A stretch of DNA of 64,000 nt from Gammaproteobacteria bacterium. Its GTDB lineage: Bacteria; Pseudomonadota; Gammaproteobacteria; Ga0077536. Position numbers and translations under genes: made by a program. This document shows, piece by piece, positions 26,912-36,110 of this stretch. Location of the stretch: assembly GCA_019747795.1 (NCBI GenBank), contig JAIEQK010000011.1, positions 7,737 through 71,736 of the forward strand. The letters are read 5' to 3'. The notes under the pieces are model-generated. The model searched no databases and had not been told where the DNA came from. It saw nothing but the letters and a program-made list of their open reading frames with translations. The first letter of the stretch is position 1. Each line of letters begins with the position of its first letter.

Positions 26912-28882
26912 TCAGCGCTGCTGCTTCAACTGCTTGCGCAGTCGCGTGATCTCCTTGTTGCGGGCCGCGATGATGTTGTCGCGGTCCTTGATCTGCCTCG
27001 CGCGCCGGGTCAGCAGGCTGTTCTTGCTCGTGATGGTCGCCTGTGCGGAGGTCAGCTGGGTCTGCAGCGCGGCCGCGCTGGCCTGGGCCTCGGCCAACTG
27101 GTCGAGCAGGTCGCTGGCGCCGGAGCCCGTCGCGTCGACGTTCTTGCGCTTCAGGTTGACCGGGTCGAACACCACCGGCGCCGAGCAGCTCTCGCCGCGA
27201 TAGGTCCAGGTGTTGATCGGCAGCGGGTCGTCCGGGTTCATGAGACCGGCCGCGGTGAGCGGTGCGTCGGGCAGAGCGCCACCGGTGGAGGCGAGGGGGG
27301 CAGACAGCCAGCCGCCCATGCCCCAGGGGTGCAGGAAGTTCTGGTTGGTGTCGAACACGTCCACCGGGCCCGCCACGCACACCGAGTCGAAGATCGCGCG
27401 CAGTTCGGACGGCACCGCGTTCGGATCGATCGCGGAGTTGTCCTTGCGCATCTGGCAGGTGCCTTCGTAGTGATCGAAGTAGTCGCCGAGCCACACGTTC
27501 TCGATGGTCGGCGCCAGCTCGTCGATCTTGGCGAAGCGGTACTTCTGCGCGAGGTCGGGATTCTTCTCCGTGCTCTGCACGCCGATCGCCCAGCCGTAAC
27601 GCGGACCGAGCGGGCCGGCGCCGCCGAACAGCGTGCTGGTGTTGGTGTTGCCGTTCTCGAGGTCGTTCAGACAGCGGTCGACGTCGCTCGAGCCGCGGTT
27701 CGAGCACACCACCGACTGGCTGGAGTAGCTGCAGGTGCTCGGCCCGGGATTCAGCGGCTGCTCGGCGGTCATCTCGCCGTTGACGTTCATGCACGGGCGG
27801 TCGAGGAAGAAGGCGTTGAACTGCGCCTGGGTGCCCGAGCCGTCATTGCGCCGGCAGACGTGCACGCGCTGGTTGTCGAGCGTCGGCACCGCGCTGGTGG
27901 TGGGCACCGGCAGACCGGCCGCGGTCGCGGCTTCTACCAGGGTCACGCCGTCACGGTGCACCTGGCTCCACTTGGTGATGCGACCGGTCAGGATGCCGGC
28001 CACTTCCGCGCGGGTCAGGTTCGGCATGCAGGCCTCGCTGTCGGCCACCGTGGCGCGGCCCAGGGAGGGCGAGACGTCGGCCGTCGCGTTCTTGGTGCCG
28101 GCGGGGATGCGCGCGACGTCCAAGGCTTCCGGCAGGCCGTCGCCGTTGGTGTCGGCCGAGGTAGGCAGCAGCGTGCCCCACGCGGCGTTGGACGGATGGC
28201 AGGCGCTGGCGGTCGGGAACTGCAGCGCCTGCAGGGCGTTGCGCAGGCCGAGCGTCATCGGCACGCCGAAGCCCAGGCCGGCGAGCGGCTTCACGTCGAT
28301 CAGCGCAGAGTCACTGGCGGTGAAGGCGATGCCGGTGGACGGCGTGTTGACGTCGAAGAACAGCTTGGGCTCGACGTCCGAGGTGCCGATGTCGCCGCCA
28401 TTCAAAGGCTGGTTCGGAATGTTGCAGTTGTTGTACAGGCGGAAGCTGGTGCCGGCACCGGTCTGGGTGGTGACCGCGGCTGCACAGGCCGTTGCCGGGT
28501 TGAAGGCCGGCGTGGGTATCGGGTACTGCAGCGCGCTCTCGCTCGGGCGTGAGATGGGGGTGGTGCCGTCGCCCGAGCCGCCGCCCTGCTTGATGGCGCG
28601 TACCGTGCTGCCGCCGACGGCGCCCTTCAGATCGCAGATCACGACAAAGTCATCGGCGTCCTTCTGGTAGACGGTGATGTCCTTGCCGGACAGGCCACCG
28701 TTCGGATCGCAGGCATTGTCGATCAGGCTGTTGCGCACGAACTGCGCGGAGGCCGTGGCGCCGGAGAAGTACACCGTGTAGTCGATGGACGCGTCAATCG
28801 GCTCGAAGTCGATGGCCTGAGCGTGGACGCCCGCGAGCGCGAGCGCGGTCGCGCAGGCGAGACGCAAGGGAGATCTGTGCAT
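26912..28882 (-). CDS. Secreted Cys-rich PstS/DING-like (PBP2 fold) protein, paralog A, with basic coiled-coil C-terminal tail
   Basis: Signal peptide; SGATAS and VCRRNDGSGTQ resemble PstS GAT and RSDGSGT motifs; GTSDVEP. Confidence 0.7.
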   Translation of the reverse strand: MHRSPLRLACATALALAGVHAQAIDFEPIDASIDYTVYFSGATASAQFVRNSLIDNACDPNGGLSGKDITVYQKDADDFVVICDLKGAVGGSTVRAIKQGGGSGDGTTPISRPSESALQYPIPTPAFNPATACAAAVTTQTGAGTSFRLYNNCNIPNQPLNGGDIGTSDVEPKLFFDVNTPSTGIAFTASDSALIDVKPLAGLGFGVPMTLGLRNALQALQFPTASACHPSNAAWGTLLPTSADTNGDGLPEALDVARIPAGTKNATADVSPSLGRATVADSEACMPNLTRAEVAGILTGRITKWSQVHRDGVTLVEAATAAGLPVPTTSAVPTLDNQRVHVCRRNDGSGTQAQFNAFFLDRPCMNVNGEMTAEQPLNPGPSTCSYSSQSVVCSNRGSSDVDRCLNDLENGNTNTSTLFGGAGPLGPRYGWAIGVQSTEKNPDLAQKYRFAKIDELAPTIENVWLGDYFDHYEGTCQMRKDNSAIDPNAVPSELRAIFDSVCVAGPVDVFDTNQNFLHPWGMGGWLSAPLASTGGALPDAPLTAAGLMNPDDPLPINTWTYRGESCSAPVVFDPVNLKRKNVDATGSGASDLLDQLAEAQASAAALQTQLTSAQATITSKNSLLTRRARQIKDRDNIIAARNKEITRLRKQLKQQR

Positions 28883-28996
28883 GTGCATGTTCCTCGAAAG
28901 CACGTGGTCGAAGCTGTGGGGCCGAGGACGCCAGGTGCAGGGGGGCATGGTGCGCGCGCTGCGGCAAGCGGTCGGGCTGGGCTGCCAGCGGCCGCG

Positions 28997-29030
28997 ACTA
29001 TGTCACCGTCCGGTGACATATCCGTGACAA
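28997..29030 (-). promoter_or_regulatory. Pho-box-like promoter TTGTCAC-GGAT-ATGTCAC-N10-CATAGT
   Basis: Same geometry; also contains palindrome ATGTCACC-GTCC-GGTGACAT. Confidence 0.65.
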
Positions 29031-29170
29031 TGTTGCAATGAAATGTAAGGAAGCAGGCGGGGCGGGCAGCGCGCGGAACGGCGCGGACCAGGGAGGGACC
29101 AGACCAGCCCGCGAGCGGGCTGGCATGGCGTCGGCACGGGCGACCCAGCGGGCCGCCCGTGCCCAGGCGA

Positions 29171-30922
29171 TTACAGGTCGCCTTCGCGGGTCGCGTTCAC
29201 CGGATCGAACACCACCGGGGCCGAGCAGCTCTCGCCGCGATAGGTCCAGGTGCTCACCGGCTTGGGATCGTTCGGATCCATCAGGCCGGCCGCGGTCAGC
29301 GGCGCATCCGGGGTCGCGCCACCCGTCGCCGCGAGCGGCACCGACAGCCAACCGCCCACGCCCCAGGGGTGCAGGAAGTTGAGGTTGGTGTCGAACACGT
29401 CAGCCGGTCCGGCGGCGCAGGCATTGTTGAAGATCGCCCGCAGCTCCGACGGCACCACGTTCGGATCGATCGACGAGTTGTCCTTGCGAATCTGGCAAGT
29501 GCCCTCGTAATGATCCGTGTAGTCGGCCAGGTAGACGTTCTTGATGCTGGGCGCGAGACCGTCGATCTTGGCGAACCGGTAACGGAAGCCGAGGTTCGGG
29601 TTCTTCTCCGTGCTCTGCACACCGATGGCCCAGGCGAAGCGCGGACCCAGGGGGCCGGTGCCGCCGAACAGGCCGCTGGTGTTGGTGTTGCCGGCGTCCA
29701 GGTCGTTCAGGCAGCGATCGACCTCGCTCGAACCACGGTTCGAGCACACCAGCGACTGACCCGTGTAGGAGCAGGTGTTGGCGCCCGGGTTGAGCGGGGC
29801 TTCGGCGGTGATGGTGTCGCCCACCTTCATGCACGGCCGCTTCAGGAAGAACGCGCTCAGCTGCGCCTGGGTGCCCGAACCGTTGTTGCGACGGCAGATG
29901 GCGATGCGCTGGTTGTTCAGCGCGGGCACCGCGTTGGCGGCAGGCACGGGCAGGCCCGCGGCCGTCGCGGCCTGGACCAGGTTGGTGCCGTTGCGCTGGA
30001 TCTGGGTCCAGCGGGTCAGGCGCCCGGTCAGCATGCCGGCCACTTCAGCACTGGTCAGATTGGGCATGCACTGCTCGCTGTCCGCGACGCGTGCGGTGCC
30101 GAGCGAAGGCGACACGTCCGCGACCGGGTTCTTGGTGCCGCTTGCCACGCGCGCCACGTCGACCAGTTCGGCCACACCGTCGCCGTTGATGTCGACGTTG
30201 GTCGGCAGCAGGGTGTTCCATGACGCGTTGTTCGGATGGCAGGGGCTGCTCACCGGGAACTGCATCGCCTGCAGGGCATTGCGCAGGCCCGTGGTCATCG
30301 AGATGCCGAAGCCGAGGCCGGCCAGCGGCTTGACGTCGAGCACGGCCGAGTCGGCTGCCGTGAAGGCGATGCCGGTGGAGGGCGTGTTGACGTCGAAGAA
30401 GAGCTTGGGCTCGACGTCCGAGGTGCCGATGTCACCACCGGACAGCGGCTGGTTGGGGATATTGCAGTTGTTGTACAGGCGGAAGCTAGTGCCGGCGCCG
30501 GTCTGGGTGGTGACCGCGGCGTTGCAGGCGGTGCCAGGATTGAAGGCCGCGGTCGGGATCGGGTACTGCAGCGGGCTGGCGGCCGGCTGCGAGATCGGCG
30601 TGGTGCCGTCACCCGAGCCGCCGCCCTGCTTGATGGCGCGCACGGTGCTGGCGCCGACGGCGCCCTTCAGATCGCAGATCACGACGAAGTCGTCGGCGTC
30701 CTTCTGGTAGACGGTGATGTCCTTGCCGGACAGGCCGCCGTTCGGATCGCAGACGTTGTCGATGAGGCTGTTGCGCACGAACTGCGCGGACGCGGTCGCA
30801 CCGGCGAAGTACACGGTGTAGTCGATCGACGGGTCGATGGGCGCGAAGTCCACCGCCTGCGCGCCGAGCGCCGCGGCGCCGAGTGCGGCGCTGACGGCGA
30901 AATTGAGAAGCTTGCGTTTCAT
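29171..30922 (-). CDS. Secreted Cys-rich PstS/DING-like protein, paralog B
   Basis: Colinear with and highly similar to paralog A; AGATAS; ICRRNNGSGTQ; 14 Cys; no C-terminal tail. Confidence 0.7.
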   Translation of the reverse strand: MKRKLLNFAVSAALGAAALGAQAVDFAPIDPSIDYTVYFAGATASAQFVRNSLIDNVCDPNGGLSGKDITVYQKDADDFVVICDLKGAVGASTVRAIKQGGGSGDGTTPISQPAASPLQYPIPTAAFNPGTACNAAVTTQTGAGTSFRLYNNCNIPNQPLSGGDIGTSDVEPKLFFDVNTPSTGIAFTAADSAVLDVKPLAGLGFGISMTTGLRNALQAMQFPVSSPCHPNNASWNTLLPTNVDINGDGVAELVDVARVASGTKNPVADVSPSLGTARVADSEQCMPNLTSAEVAGMLTGRLTRWTQIQRNGTNLVQAATAAGLPVPAANAVPALNNQRIAICRRNNGSGTQAQLSAFFLKRPCMKVGDTITAEAPLNPGANTCSYTGQSLVCSNRGSSEVDRCLNDLDAGNTNTSGLFGGTGPLGPRFAWAIGVQSTEKNPNLGFRYRFAKIDGLAPSIKNVYLADYTDHYEGTCQIRKDNSSIDPNVVPSELRAIFNNACAAGPADVFDTNLNFLHPWGVGGWLSVPLAATGGATPDAPLTAAGLMDPNDPKPVSTWTYRGESCSAPVVFDPVNATREGDL

Positions 30923-30956
30923 GTCGTTTCCTCTATGGAGCTGTCAGGAGGGCGGC

Positions 30957-31859
30957 TCAGGCCGCGGTGCGGCGACGGCCGGCGAGGCCGACCAGCGCGG
31001 AGCCGAGCAGCCACACGGCGCCGGGCACCGGAATGGGCGCCGCGGTCGGCGCGAAGCTCAGCGTGCCGTTGGTCGCCAGCGTCCACTTGCCGAGCGCCGC
31101 GGGGGCCGGTGCACCGGTGAAGTTGTTGGTCTCGAGGAAGTAGAAGTCGACGGCGTTGCCAATCGTGCCCTCGGTGTTGAAGCCGAAGGTGCTGGAGCCG
31201 CCGAAGTTGTTGTCGTGGTAACCGAACTGGCCGGGTGCGAACACGCCGGAGAGGTTCAGCGCGGCGGTGCCGGCGGCCGAGCCGTCGGTCTTGATGTTCA
31301 CGCCTTGCACGAACGACACGAAGGCCGCCTCGGCGCTCGAGTACTCAGAGAGCAGGCCGGGCTTCTTGGCCGCGACAGCGGCCGCGCTCTCACCGGCGGT
31401 GCTCAAGTAGCCGAGGTCGATGGCCTCGAAGGTGTTCGGGTCGAAGCCCGAGACGTTGTGCACGGCGGTCAGGTTGAAGCTGATGTCCTTGCCGGCATGG
31501 GTGGACAGGAAACTGGTCAGGTTGGCGTCCGGCGCGATGCTGAACGACAGCGAGCCCAGGGTGCCGGCGTTCAGCGCCTGCACGAAGGTGCGGGAGGTGA
31601 TGCCGAGATCGCGGACGTAGGAGCGGTTGCTGCCCGGATCGGACGGGCTGCGCGCTACGATCGAGACGAACAGTTCGCCCACGCCGCCGATGCTGTTGTT
31701 GCTGCCGCCGAGATCCGGCGCGCCGAAGTCCAGGCCGGCCAGCGTGTTGTTGCCGAGGCCCGGCAGGCCGTCGAGGCTGATGGCAGCCTGCGCGGGTGCC
31801 GTGGCGCACAGCGCCGCGGTCACGGCCGCTGCCGCTGTGAGGTTGTGCAGTGTCTTCAT
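30957..31859 (-). CDS. VPLPA-CTERM (PEP-CTERM-like) sorted surface protein
   Basis: Signal peptide ending AQA; C-terminus PIPVPGAVWLLGSALVGLAGRRR. Confidence 0.88.
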   Translation of the reverse strand: MKTLHNLTAAAAVTAALCATAPAQAAISLDGLPGLGNNTLAGLDFGAPDLGGSNNSIGGVGELFVSIVARSPSDPGSNRSYVRDLGITSRTFVQALNAGTLGSLSFSIAPDANLTSFLSTHAGKDISFNLTAVHNVSGFDPNTFEAIDLGYLSTAGESAAAVAAKKPGLLSEYSSAEAAFVSFVQGVNIKTDGSAAGTAALNLSGVFAPGQFGYHDNNFGGSSTFGFNTEGTIGNAVDFYFLETNNFTGAPAPAALGKWTLATNGTLSFAPTAAPIPVPGAVWLLGSALVGLAGRRRTAA

Positions 31860-32043
31860 CGAAGTCTCCATAAAGGTCATCCCAGGGGTGATCCGCAAAG
31901 CCATCCTTGGTCTTTGTGTCACGCCGACCGCCGCGGATCGCGAGGGCCGGCGCGTCGCCCGCTCGGTACCGGCGCCGAGCGCGCATTGCGATTGCCGTTT
32001 CGTTGCTGACCTCATCCGGCGTCGTGGACAGTCAGCGGGGGGC

Positions 32044-32088
32044 AATGTGGCAGCGCTTGGCGACACCTTCGCGGCAGGTTCGTGACAA
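32044..32088 (-). promoter_or_regulatory. Pho-box-like promoter with three half-sites TTGTCAC/CTGCCGC/GTGTCGC-N10-CACATT
   Basis: 11-bp periodic half-sites at 32082, 32071, 32060; same 10-nt spacer. Confidence 0.5.
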
Positions 32089-32470
32089 TCGTGTCTCAGC
32101 GTGTCATTCAGGATGGAAGAGAGCGGGCCGCAATGCCGCGCGGCGGACCATGAGGGTCGCGCTGGGTTGGGGGCGGAGTGCCCGGAAGGCAGTGCAGCGT
32201 GCGGCCGTCACGTAGCCGCAACCACGGACGGTTACCCTGCGCAGCCCCGCGCTGGAGTGAAGACTGCCATGGCCCGGTCGCTAGATGAAGAAGGACCGGT
32301 CAGGGCACGCGTGTGAAAGGTGGAGAATTCTTGCGCTGCCGCATTTGGTGACCGCGTACATATAAATGTCGCGCGCGGGGCTGCTACTATTCGTCGGGTG
32401 GATACCAGTTACGCTCAAGTTCTCGAAAATGCTTGAGCCTCGTTGCCTATCAGGTTGAAAGCGATCTAGC

Positions 32471-33934
32471 GTGATGTCGACCAACGCAGTACCGGCCACT
32501 GTATTGCCCGTGATCCTCGCCGGGGGCGGGGGCACGCGGCTGTGGCCCCTGTCGCGCGGCCACTATCCCAAGCAATTCCTCGCGCTGGGTGGTGAGGAAT
32601 CGCTTCTGCAACAGACGCTTACGAGAGTCGCCGCGCATCCTTCGCTGACCGTCGCCGCGCCGCTCGTGGTGTGCAACGAGGAGCATCGCTTCCTGGTGGC
32701 CGAGCAGGCCCGCCTCGCCGGCGTGGCCTTGGACACGATTCTGCTCGAGCCGGTGGGCCGCAATACCGCCCCGGCGCTGTCCGCCGCCGCGCGCCTCGCG
32801 GTCCGCACCGGTGACGATCCCCTGATCCTGATGATGCCCTCCGACCACCTGATCGCCGACCGCGACGCCTTTCAGCGTGCCGTGTCGGTGGGCGCCACCC
32901 TCGCCGCGCGCGGCGACGTGGTGACCTTCGGCATCGTGCCCACCCGGGCCGAAACCGGCTACGGCTACATCGAACTCGGCGACGAGGAGGCCGGCGAGCA
33001 TCGCCCGGCGGCCTTCGTGGTGCGCGCCTTCAAGGAAAAGCCCGACCAGGACACCGCGCGCCGCTACGTGGATGGCGGCGGCTACCTGTGGAACGCCGGC
33101 ATCTTCATGATGCGCGCCTCCACCTGGCTCGCCCACGCGGAACGCCTCTGCCCCGAGATCACCTCGGCCGCAACCGCTGCCGTGAACGGCGGACGCCAGG
33201 ACGGCGACTTTTTCCGCCTCGACGTCGCGGCCTTCGAGGCCTCGCCGAGCGATTCCATCGACTACGCGGTGATGGAGCCCCTGGGCGCGATCGGCCAGGT
33301 GCGGGTCGTGTCGCTGGATGCCGGCTGGTCCGACGTCGGCTCGTGGGGCAGCCTGTGGGAAGTCTCCCGCCAGGACGGCGACGGCAACGTCACCCGCGGC
33401 GACGTATGCGCGCTCGACTCCCGCGGCAACCTGCTGTTCGCCGAGCATCGCCTGCTCGCGACGCTTGGCTGCGAAGATCTCGTGGTGGTGGAGACCGCCG
33501 ATGCCGTGCTGGTGGCCGACAAGGGCCGCACCCAGGATGTGAAGGCCGTCGTGGACTGGCTCACCCGCCAGAATCGCGACGAACGCCTCGCCCATCGTCG
33601 CGTCTATCGACCGTGGGGCACCTACGAAGGTGTCGATGGCGGCGACCGCTTCCAGGTCAAGCGCATCGTGGTCAAGCCCGGCGCCTCGCTGTCGCTGCAG
33701 ATGCATCACCACCGGGCAGAACACTGGATTGTGGTCAAGGGCACAGCGCGGGTGACGCGGAACGAGGAAGTATTCCTCCTGAGCGAGAACCAGAGCACCT
33801 ACATTCCCCTTGGCGCCACCCATCGCCTGGAGAATCCCGGCGCCATCCCGCTCGAGATCATCGAAGTGCAGTCCGGCCCCTACCTCGGCGAGGACGACAT
33901 CGTGCGGTTCGAGGACAAGTACCGCCGGGCATGA
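32471..33934 (+). CDS. manC: Mannose-1-phosphate guanylyltransferase / mannose-6-phosphate isomerase
   Basis: ILAGGGGTRLWPLSR; EPVGRNTAPA; WSDVGSW; cupin SLQMHHHRAEHW. Confidence 0.96.
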   Translation: MMSTNAVPATVLPVILAGGGGTRLWPLSRGHYPKQFLALGGEESLLQQTLTRVAAHPSLTVAAPLVVCNEEHRFLVAEQARLAGVALDTILLEPVGRNTAPALSAAARLAVRTGDDPLILMMPSDHLIADRDAFQRAVSVGATLAARGDVVTFGIVPTRAETGYGYIELGDEEAGEHRPAAFVVRAFKEKPDQDTARRYVDGGGYLWNAGIFMMRASTWLAHAERLCPEITSAATAAVNGGRQDGDFFRLDVAAFEASPSDSIDYAVMEPLGAIGQVRVVSLDAGWSDVGSWGSLWEVSRQDGDGNVTRGDVCALDSRGNLLFAEHRLLATLGCEDLVVVETADAVLVADKGRTQDVKAVVDWLTRQNRDERLAHRRVYRPWGTYEGVDGGDRFQVKRIVVKPGASLSLQMHHHRAEHWIVVKGTARVTRNEEVFLLSENQSTYIPLGATHRLENPGAIPLEIIEVQSGPYLGEDDIVRFEDKYRRA

Positions 33935-34018
33935 GACAGGCTCGCGCCCCTCAATCGGCACGCGCCGCGCTCACCGCGCCCAGAACGCCATAACGACAAT
34001 CACATTCGGGAGAGAGTC

Positions 34019-34597
34019 ATGAACAAGCATTCGCGCCGAGGCCTGCTGGCCCGCACCCTGTTGCTGCTGAGCCTGGTCGCCCCCTGGGTGACGACGTTCG
34101 CCCAGGAAACCAGCGCCGACTACCCGATCAAGCCCGGCGACACCCTCATCGTCAATGTCTGGAAGGAACAGGACCTGACCATGGAAGTGCTGGTGCGCCC
34201 GGACGGCAAGTTCAGCTTCCCGCTCGCCGGCGACATACAGGCCGCGGGCCGTTCCGTCGAGCAGGTGCGCCAGGACGTGGTGGCGAAGATCTCCTCCTAT
34301 ATCCCAGACGTGGTCGCGACCGTGATGGTCAAGATGATCGACGGCAACCGCGCCTACGTGGTTGGCAAGGTCTTGAAACCCGGCCCCATCCTCATGCTCT
34401 CCCAGACCAACGTCATGCAGGCCCTGTCCATGGCCGGCGGCACGGTGCAGTTCGCCGGGCTCAAGAACATCAAGATCCTGCGCGGCCAGGGTGGCGCCCA
34501 GACCGCCATCCCGTTCAACTACGATGAAGTGGAGGACGGGGAGAACCTTGAGCAGAACGTGGTGCTGGAGCCGGGGGATGTGGTGGTGGTGCCGTAA
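34019..34597 (+). CDS. Polysaccharide export (Wza/SLBB) protein
   Basis: YPIKPGDTL..VW..VRPDGKFSFPLAG; LEPGDVVVVP. Confidence 0.92.
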   Translation: MNKHSRRGLLARTLLLLSLVAPWVTTFAQETSADYPIKPGDTLIVNVWKEQDLTMEVLVRPDGKFSFPLAGDIQAAGRSVEQVRQDVVAKISSYIPDVVATVMVKMIDGNRAYVVGKVLKPGPILMLSQTNVMQALSMAGGTVQFAGLKNIKILRGQGGAQTAIPFNYDEVEDGENLEQNVVLEPGDVVVVP

Positions 34598-34629
34598 GGC
34601 GCGGCCGCGTGTGGGGGGACGTTTCAACC

Positions 34630-35865
34630 ATGGCTAAACGCTGCATAGTCGCGGGACTGGGGATGGTCGCGCTGTGTGGGCAGGGGGCTCAAGCGGTGGA
34701 CCTTTCATGGGCGCCGCAGCTTAGGGTAGGGACTCGGGCGACGGATAACATCCAATGGACGACCACTGGAAAGGAAGCTGCCCTTGGCTTCGATACTGGA
34801 GGCGGTCTAGCACTCAAAGCCGTCGCTCAGGCGTGGAACTCCGCGGTAAATCCGTCATTTAACTTTCGTAGATTTCTCATTGGTGAGGACATCGACGCAG
34901 ACGAGTACGGGGTAAGGAGCCAGCACCAGTACAAAGTGACAGAACGTGTGCAGACTTCATTGCAGGCCGATTACGTGCGCGATTCGACACTGAGCTCAGA
35001 GCTTACCGACGCCGGGCGGAGGAACGACGTGGCAAACCGCGATACGCTAACTATCGCGCCAGGGGTGAATTACCTCGTCACCGACAGCACGGTCGTGAAC
35101 GCAAGCTACATGTATTCAGACGTTGGATTTGATGCTTCGCTCGATCAGGGATTCGTTGATTACACGTTCCAGCAATGGTCGGCGGGCACCACGCATTTCG
35201 TATCCGGGCGACTGCAGGTTTCTGCGAATTTCTTCGTCACCGATTTCGAAGTTGCCAGCACAAGCAGCGAGACTTGGACCTATGGCGGAATGGTGGGAGC
35301 CACTTACAGTTGGTCTGACAGCTTGTCCACCACGGGGAGCGTGGGTTATCAAACCGCCAGCACAGACTTCGTCGAACAGATTCTGACCGTAGTACCGGGA
35401 ACCAATCCGCCCCAGATTGTGGTCGTGGAGCAGCCCGCCAACTCGAAGTCGAGTGGCCCGATTGCCAACTTCGGTATCAGGAAGCGCTTCGCGAACATGC
35501 GGGCAGAGTTCAACTATGCGCGGCGCGTGAGCCCCAGTGCTCGCGGCGCTCAGACGCTAGAGGACGACATCATGTTGAATATCGACTATGACGTCTCTGA
35601 GCGCTGGGGTCTCGGGTTTCGCGGGGGCTATAACCTGCGTAGTGCCCAGGCCGAAGAACTCGGAGGCGCAATTCGAGACCTGAACAGAAATCAGGGTTCT
35701 CTGGGCGGATCCGTGACATATAAGGCGAGCGAAGAGATTTCGTTTCGCGGCGAGTATCGCTTTACGCGCCAGACGCTTGCCGAGACTGATGAGCGGGTCT
35801 ATGTCCACGCGATGTTCGTCTCGATGATTTTCAATGGCGCACCTCATTTCCACAATGTCTTTTAG
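34630..35865 (+). CDS. Outer-membrane beta-barrel protein of the EPS export system
   Basis: Signal peptide; amphipathic beta-strands; TDN motif; terminal Phe; position after the wza-like gene. Confidence 0.7.
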   Translation: MAKRCIVAGLGMVALCGQGAQAVDLSWAPQLRVGTRATDNIQWTTTGKEAALGFDTGGGLALKAVAQAWNSAVNPSFNFRRFLIGEDIDADEYGVRSQHQYKVTERVQTSLQADYVRDSTLSSELTDAGRRNDVANRDTLTIAPGVNYLVTDSTVVNASYMYSDVGFDASLDQGFVDYTFQQWSAGTTHFVSGRLQVSANFFVTDFEVASTSSETWTYGGMVGATYSWSDSLSTTGSVGYQTASTDFVEQILTVVPGTNPPQIVVVEQPANSKSSGPIANFGIRKRFANMRAEFNYARRVSPSARGAQTLEDDIMLNIDYDVSERWGLGFRGGYNLRSAQAEELGGAIRDLNRNQGSLGGSVTYKASEEISFRGEYRFTRQTLAETDERVYVHAMFVSMIFNGAPHFHNVF

Positions 35866-36110
35866 ATATTCCATGGACGGGCGTGAAAACGGTAGGAAAC
35901 GATGGAGAAAGAAATCAAGTTCGCTCTGTACTGTGGACCGGCGAGCATGCGCCAAACGTGTCTTGTGAGAGATTCATCTTGCGGCCCGAGTTGACGTGCG
36001 TTGATCCGCCTTTTGTCGACTTAGCCACAAATCTTGTGGTGTCTGCGGCGCTTCAATAACAAAGGTTCCCCAAAACCAATTCCCTATGGAACTTCTCAAT
36101 AGGTCCAAAC

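Noticed and set aside
32280..32470. JUMPstart/ops element upstream of the EPS operon
   Set aside because: No GGCGGTAG motif found; only a modest inverted repeat GCTCAAG-N12-CTTGAGC of unknown meaning.
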